From an uncultured Clostridia bacterium (GTDB lineage: Bacteria > Bacillota > Clostridia > TANB77 > CAG-508), in the NCBI GenBank assembly GCA_947628425.1, contig CANQZV010000002.1:1-43786 (forward strand): a stretch of DNA of 43,786 bases. Reading direction: 5' to 3'. Under the pieces are notes generated by a model, which was not told where the DNA came from, did no database searches, and worked only from the letters and a program-made list of their open reading frames with translations. Positions 40,128 through 43,786 of this stretch are shown here, piece after piece; position 1 is the first letter of the stretch, and each line of letters opens with the position of its first letter. A program made the translations under genes and the position numbers.

Positions 40128-40865
40128 CTATTTACTTGCTATATAGTATCCTACTCCTCTTTTTGTAATTAATATTTTTGGAGCAGAAGTGTCTTTTTCT
40201 ATTTTTTCACGAATTCTCCTTACTGTTACATCAACAGTTCTTATATCTCCATAGTATTCATAACCCCAAACTTTTTCTAATAACACTTCTCTTGTTACTA
40301 CTTGTCCAGGTTGATTTGCTAAATATTTTAATACTTCAAATTCTCTTAATGTTAAATCTATAACCTCATCTTTTACTTTTACTTCAAATTTATCTAAATC
40401 TATAGTTAAATCACCTATTTTAATTTTTTGTGTTTCTTTAATCTCTTCGTTACGTCCATCCACAAATGTTGATTTTACTTCTACTTTTCTTAAATTTGCT
40501 TTTATTCTTGCCATTAATTCTCTAACGCTAAATGGTTTTGTAACATAGTCATCTGCTCCAAGTTCTAAACCAACTATTTTATCTATTTCTTCATCTTTTG
40601 CAGTTAGCATTAAAATTGGAACATTTAATGTTGTTCTGATTTTTTTACATGCTGTTAATCCATCCATTTTTGGCAACATTATATCTAATAAAATTAAATC
40701 TGGTCTTTTATTAATAGCTGTTTCAACAGCAGTAATTCCATCATTTGCTTCTAATGTATTATAACCTTCCTTTTGTAAATTGTATACTAAAATATCTACA
40801 ATTGGTTTTTCGTCATCAACAATTAATATTGTTTTTTTCTCATTATTTATTTCATTTTCCTCCAT
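40128..40865 (-). CDS. OmpR-family response regulator, WalR(YycF)/PhoP-like
   Basis: ILIVDDEKPIVDILVYNLQKEGY...DLILLDIMLPKMDG...MLTAKDEEIDKIVGLELGADDYVTKPFSVRELMARIKANLRK is very close to the YycF pattern. Winged-helix C-terminus ...TVDVTVRRIREKIE....I.T.RGVGY. Confidence 0.9.
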   Translation of the reverse strand: MEENEINNEKKTILIVDDEKPIVDILVYNLQKEGYNTLEANDGITAVETAINKRPDLILLDIMLPKMDGLTACKKIRTTLNVPILMLTAKDEEIDKIVGLELGADDYVTKPFSVRELMARIKANLRKVEVKSTFVDGRNEEIKETQKIKIGDLTIDLDKFEVKVKDEVIDLTLREFEVLKYLANQPGQVVTREVLLEKVWGYEYYGDIRTVDVTVRRIREKIEKDTSAPKILITKRGVGYYIASK

Positions 40866-41051
40866 AAAAGACCCACCCTCTCATGTTATTTATAAAGAAT
40901 ATATCATATTCAAATTATTTACACAAGTTTTTTTGTAAAAAAAATGTAATATTTCTGTAAAATTGTAATTTTAAATTAATATACTTAATTGGAAAGTATA
41001 AAATTATTCCTTATTAAGCATATTTTCATTCTGTTTTTTTACGTCTTATTT

Positions 41052-41544
41052 CTAAATAATTATTTCGACATCATATATTCTATTATTATCTATTAATAAA
41101 ATATATTTATCTTTCTGGATAGTTCCATTTATACTTAATTCTTTTACACTATTTGACTTAAATTTATTTTCTATTTTAACATTATAAATACTACTGTTAT
41201 ATTTATATCTAAAAGAATATTCTTCCCAGTCATCTGGAATACATGGAGTTAGAGTTAGAATATTTTTTTCTATATTAATTCCTAATATATTTTTTATTCC
41301 ACATCTATAATACCAACTTGATGATCCAGTATACCAAGTCCATCCTCCTCTCCCGTAAAAGATTTTTACTTCCGTAAATATCTGCAGGTATAACATATGG
41401 CTCTACTTTATATATATCTTCCTTTTCCTTTGTATTTGAATGTTCTATAGGATTTATCATTGTAAGAAATTTTTCTGCTTTGTCTTTAATACCCATTTTT
41501 GCAAAAGCAATAATTGCCCAAATTGCAGCATGTGTGTATTGTTG
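41052..41544 (-). pseudogene. C-terminal remnant of a GH94/COG3459-type glycan phosphorylase (cellobiose phosphorylase / cyclic beta-1,2-glucan synthase family), 5'-truncated and frameshifted
   Basis: Reads QYTHAAIWAIIAFAKMGIKDKAEKFLTMINPIEHSNTKEKEDIYKVEPYVIPADIYGSKN, then changes frame to FYGRGGWTWYTGSSSWYYR...LTLTPCIPDDWEEYSF... These are family hallmarks. The frame closes (TAA) immediately upstream of QYTHAA. Confidence 0.65.
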
Positions 41545-41602
41545 TTAAATCTATTTTTCTTTTAACCTTGCTGATATATAATTTTCTTGTACCTTGTGTG
41601 TC

Positions 41603-41641
41603 GCAACTTCCAGATTTTAAAATTTCTAGTCTGTAAGTTGC
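41603..41641. repeat. 12-nt inverted repeat in the element-terminal non-coding segment
   Basis: gcaacttccaga ... tctgtaagttgc (11/12 complementary) around a ttttaaaa-containing loop, adjacent to a locally GC-rich patch (41641-41690). Confidence 0.5.
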
Positions 41642-41730
41642 TCCAATCGCTCTCACTTCGTTCGTTTGGTCGCTTACGCGGTACTGCGAAATATTATATA
41701 TCAGCAAGTTTATAGCAAATTTAATATTAA

Positions 41731-43368
41731 TTACGCACTTTTAATCTCATATTTCTTTCTAGCACATATAAACTTATTTAAATTATTATTAACTTCTTGT
41801 AGTGGTTTAAAGTTGAAATAAACATCAACTTGCTTGTCACTATGAATTTCAATTTTTTCTATAAACTCTCTAATTATTTCTTTTGTTGGTTTTTCCATAT
41901 TAAGAAATTCCTCTATCAAATTGTTTAATCTAGTTTCATTTTTAGTCTTATCACTTTTGCAAAATATTTCTTTCTCAAGCTCTTTGATATTTTGTTCATA
42001 TCCTTTTACAATTTCTTTTATTCTATTTGCATTTTTCATGTATTCATCAAGTGTAATAATTCCTGCAAGTCTATCATCATACATTACTTCTAGCTTTCTA
42101 GTTTCTTTTTCTATCATCTCTTTCAAAGAATCTATCTGCTTTTTTATATCAAATTCTTTAGACTTCTTTGATTTCGATTGTTTTGCAATTTTTTCTAGTT
42201 TTTTTGTATTGGTATATTCTTTGCAAATTTCCTTTAATACTTCTAGCATTTGCTCCTCAAAAACTTGATAATTAAAATTGTGTGGTGAACATACATCAAA
42301 TTTCCCAAATCTTCCATATCTTTGACATCTACCATAGATATTTCCGTTTTTATCTGGACTTCTTATTCCAATATAACCTCCACAGTCATAACATCTAAGT
42401 AATCCTTTAAATAAATAATCATTTTGCACTATTCGTGAACCCTTTGTTGCTTTGATGGCTCTTTGTGCTCTTTCAAAATCTTCTTTACTAATTATTGCTT
42501 CATGCATATTTTCTACTTTTATCCAATCTTCTTCAGGTAAGTTGATAAATTTCTTTGATTTGAAGCTTACCTTTTTTCTCTTTCCCTGTATAACTGTTCC
42601 TGTATATATTTCGTTTGAAAGAATAAATCGTACTGTCGATTGTTGCCATAATCCATAAGTTAAAGATTTTGTTCCTCTATTTCTTTTATTATAATCTGAT
42701 GGAATTGGAATTTTCTTTTTACTTAAGTAATCTGCAATTTGCATTGTGCCAAAACCTGATAAATATTTTTCATATATCAGTTTTACAACATTTGCTGCCT
42801 CTTCATCTATTATTAAATGGTATTTATTTTCTGGATCTTTTTTATAGCCATATGGTGCTGTTCCTAAATATTCTCCAAGCTTTCTTTTCGCCCCTAAAAC
42901 ACTATTTATTTTCTTTGATGTATCTTTTGCATACATTTCATTTAATATAGATTTAAATGGTGCAATATCATTATTTGATGTATCATAAGCAGTATCTATA
43001 TTGTCCAGGATAGCTATAAATCTAACATTATGTTCTGGGAAGTAATCTTCGATATAAAGACCAGATTGTACATAGTTTCTTCCAAGTCTTGATAAGTCTT
43101 TAGTTACTACCATATTGATTTTACCTGTTTCAATATCTACTATCATTCTATTAAATGCAGGCCTATCAAAACTTGTACCACTTACACCATCATCTACATA
43201 TTCTGCAATAAAATTAAGTTTGTTTTCTTTAATGTATTGCATTAGCAAAGTCCTTTGGTTTCCAATGCTTTCGCTTTCTTGATATTTTTCTTTTTCTTCA
43301 TCTTCTCTTGAAAGTCTAATATATATGCCTACTTTATATTCAATATTATTCATTATTGTATAGCTCAC
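41731..43368 (-). CDS. large serine recombinase (resolvase/invertase N-domain, recombinase domain, zinc ribbon, coiled coil)
   Basis: GTG start after AGGAGG. VGIYIRLSREDEE...SIGNQR (catalytic Ser context), ...VVTKDLSRLGRN..., Cys cluster CYDCGGY...CQRYGRFGKFDVCSPH, long K/E-rich coiled-coil tail. 545 aa. Confidence 0.9.
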   Translation of the reverse strand: MSYTIMNNIEYKVGIYIRLSREDEEKEKYQESESIGNQRTLLMQYIKENKLNFIAEYVDDGVSGTSFDRPAFNRMIVDIETGKINMVVTKDLSRLGRNYVQSGLYIEDYFPEHNVRFIAILDNIDTAYDTSNNDIAPFKSILNEMYAKDTSKKINSVLGAKRKLGEYLGTAPYGYKKDPENKYHLIIDEEAANVVKLIYEKYLSGFGTMQIADYLSKKKIPIPSDYNKRNRGTKSLTYGLWQQSTVRFILSNEIYTGTVIQGKRKKVSFKSKKFINLPEEDWIKVENMHEAIISKEDFERAQRAIKATKGSRIVQNDYLFKGLLRCYDCGGYIGIRSPDKNGNIYGRCQRYGRFGKFDVCSPHNFNYQVFEEQMLEVLKEICKEYTNTKKLEKIAKQSKSKKSKEFDIKKQIDSLKEMIEKETRKLEVMYDDRLAGIITLDEYMKNANRIKEIVKGYEQNIKELEKEIFCKSDKTKNETRLNNLIEEFLNMEKPTKEIIREFIEKIEIHSDKQVDVYFNFKPLQEVNNNLNKFICARKKYEIKSA

Positions 43369-43463
43369 TTCTACCTCCTTTTTGCTATAAAAATATATGA
43401 GATAATATTGATACTCTTGCCAAATATTATATCATATTATCTCTTGTTTTGCTATTGATTTTA

Positions 43464-43613
43464 CTAATTTGTACTATTATTTCTTAATATATAATTACTA
43501 AATGCTCTTTCTATAATCGTTTCTAATTTTTCTCCATTTTCATTAAATATTATATTTATTTTAAAATCATTTTTCTTTTTATATTTTCTTCTTTCTATGT
43601 TATCTTCTTGCAT
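43464..43613 (-). CDS. hypothetical small protein (49 aa) upstream of the recombinase
   Basis: ATG (MQEDNIERRKYKKK...) preceded by GAGGAG. No family recognised; short, so uncertain. Confidence 0.35.
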   Translation of the reverse strand: MQEDNIERRKYKKKNDFKINIIFNENGEKLETIIERAFSNYILRNNSTN

Positions 43614-43757
43614 TACGCTCACTCCTCTAATTGTAAGTATTTCCAATTTTTGTATTTTTATTCTTTATGGCGAATACCATACTTGCATCTGCAATACATT
43701 TTACTATTTATTTTATTGTTTAGTTTAAAATGGGTACATAAAAAGAAAAAAGGGTAG

Positions 43758-43781
43758 AAAAAAAGAAGCTATTAAAGCTTC
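43758..43781 (-). terminator. rho-independent terminator of an off-window minus-strand gene
   Basis: Minus-strand gaagct ttaat agcttc followed by T7. Confidence 0.4.
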
Positions 43782-43786
43782 AATTT

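Larger units (their letters stand above)
41545..43786. mobile_element. left terminus of an integrated element (prophage/ICE/transposon class unknown) carrying a large serine recombinase; continues beyond the window
   Basis: Loss of GH94 homology at about 41545, a terminal non-coding segment with an inverted repeat, the recombinase gene at the end, then a small ORF. The rest is off-window. Confidence 0.5.

Noticed and set aside
41486-41707. 73-aa ORF (MLIYNISQYRV...) between the GH94 remnant and the recombinase gene.
   Set aside because: It crosses the inferred host/element junction, has no RBS, and its C-terminal part is just an alternative frame of the GH94 remnant. It is better explained as non-coding element terminus plus a pseudogene.
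1-43786. Scan for CRISPR arrays, tRNA/rRNA genes and long direct DNA repeats.
   Set aside because: No regularly spaced direct repeats and no tRNA-like or rRNA-like GC-rich blocks were seen. The only strong repeats are terminator-type palindromes and protein-level module repeats. A by-eye scan cannot exclude a small ncRNA.

Overview
Strongly AT-rich, Clostridia-like (low-GC Firmicutes) chromosomal segment using standard code 11 (TGA is used as a stop). Most genes lie on the minus strand. The backbone is housekeeping: rpsT (partial), a gatC/gatA/gatB set that is unusually interrupted, adhE, an M23 peptidase, Nudix, trmL, a four-subunit 2-oxoacid:ferredoxin oxidoreductase operon (+ strand), an AI-2E permease, xth, a G5/3D cell-wall protein, lemA-htpX, tatD, acpS, an acyl-ACP thioesterase, spoIIE, cwlD and a WalRK-like two-component operon. 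Five accessory or unusual parts stand out. (1) A 2220-aa secreted giant protein ends in a dockerin-like EF-hand pair and sits directly upstream of a sortase-anchored (LPQTG) cohesin-like protein. (2) The two-component operon is extended by an Ig-repeat membrane protein and a receiver-GGDEF protein with a degenerate GGDDF site, and a 27-nt-arm palindrome separates the regulator and kinase genes. (3) spoIIE is broken into three reading frames. (4) A GH94-type glycan phosphorylase gene is cut inside a conserved motif by the terminus of a large-serine-recombinase element that runs off the right edge. (5) A 300-nt non-coding insert lies between gatA and gatB. I recognised no rRNA, tRNA or CRISPR array. 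All functional calls come from reading the translations by eye; no searches were run.
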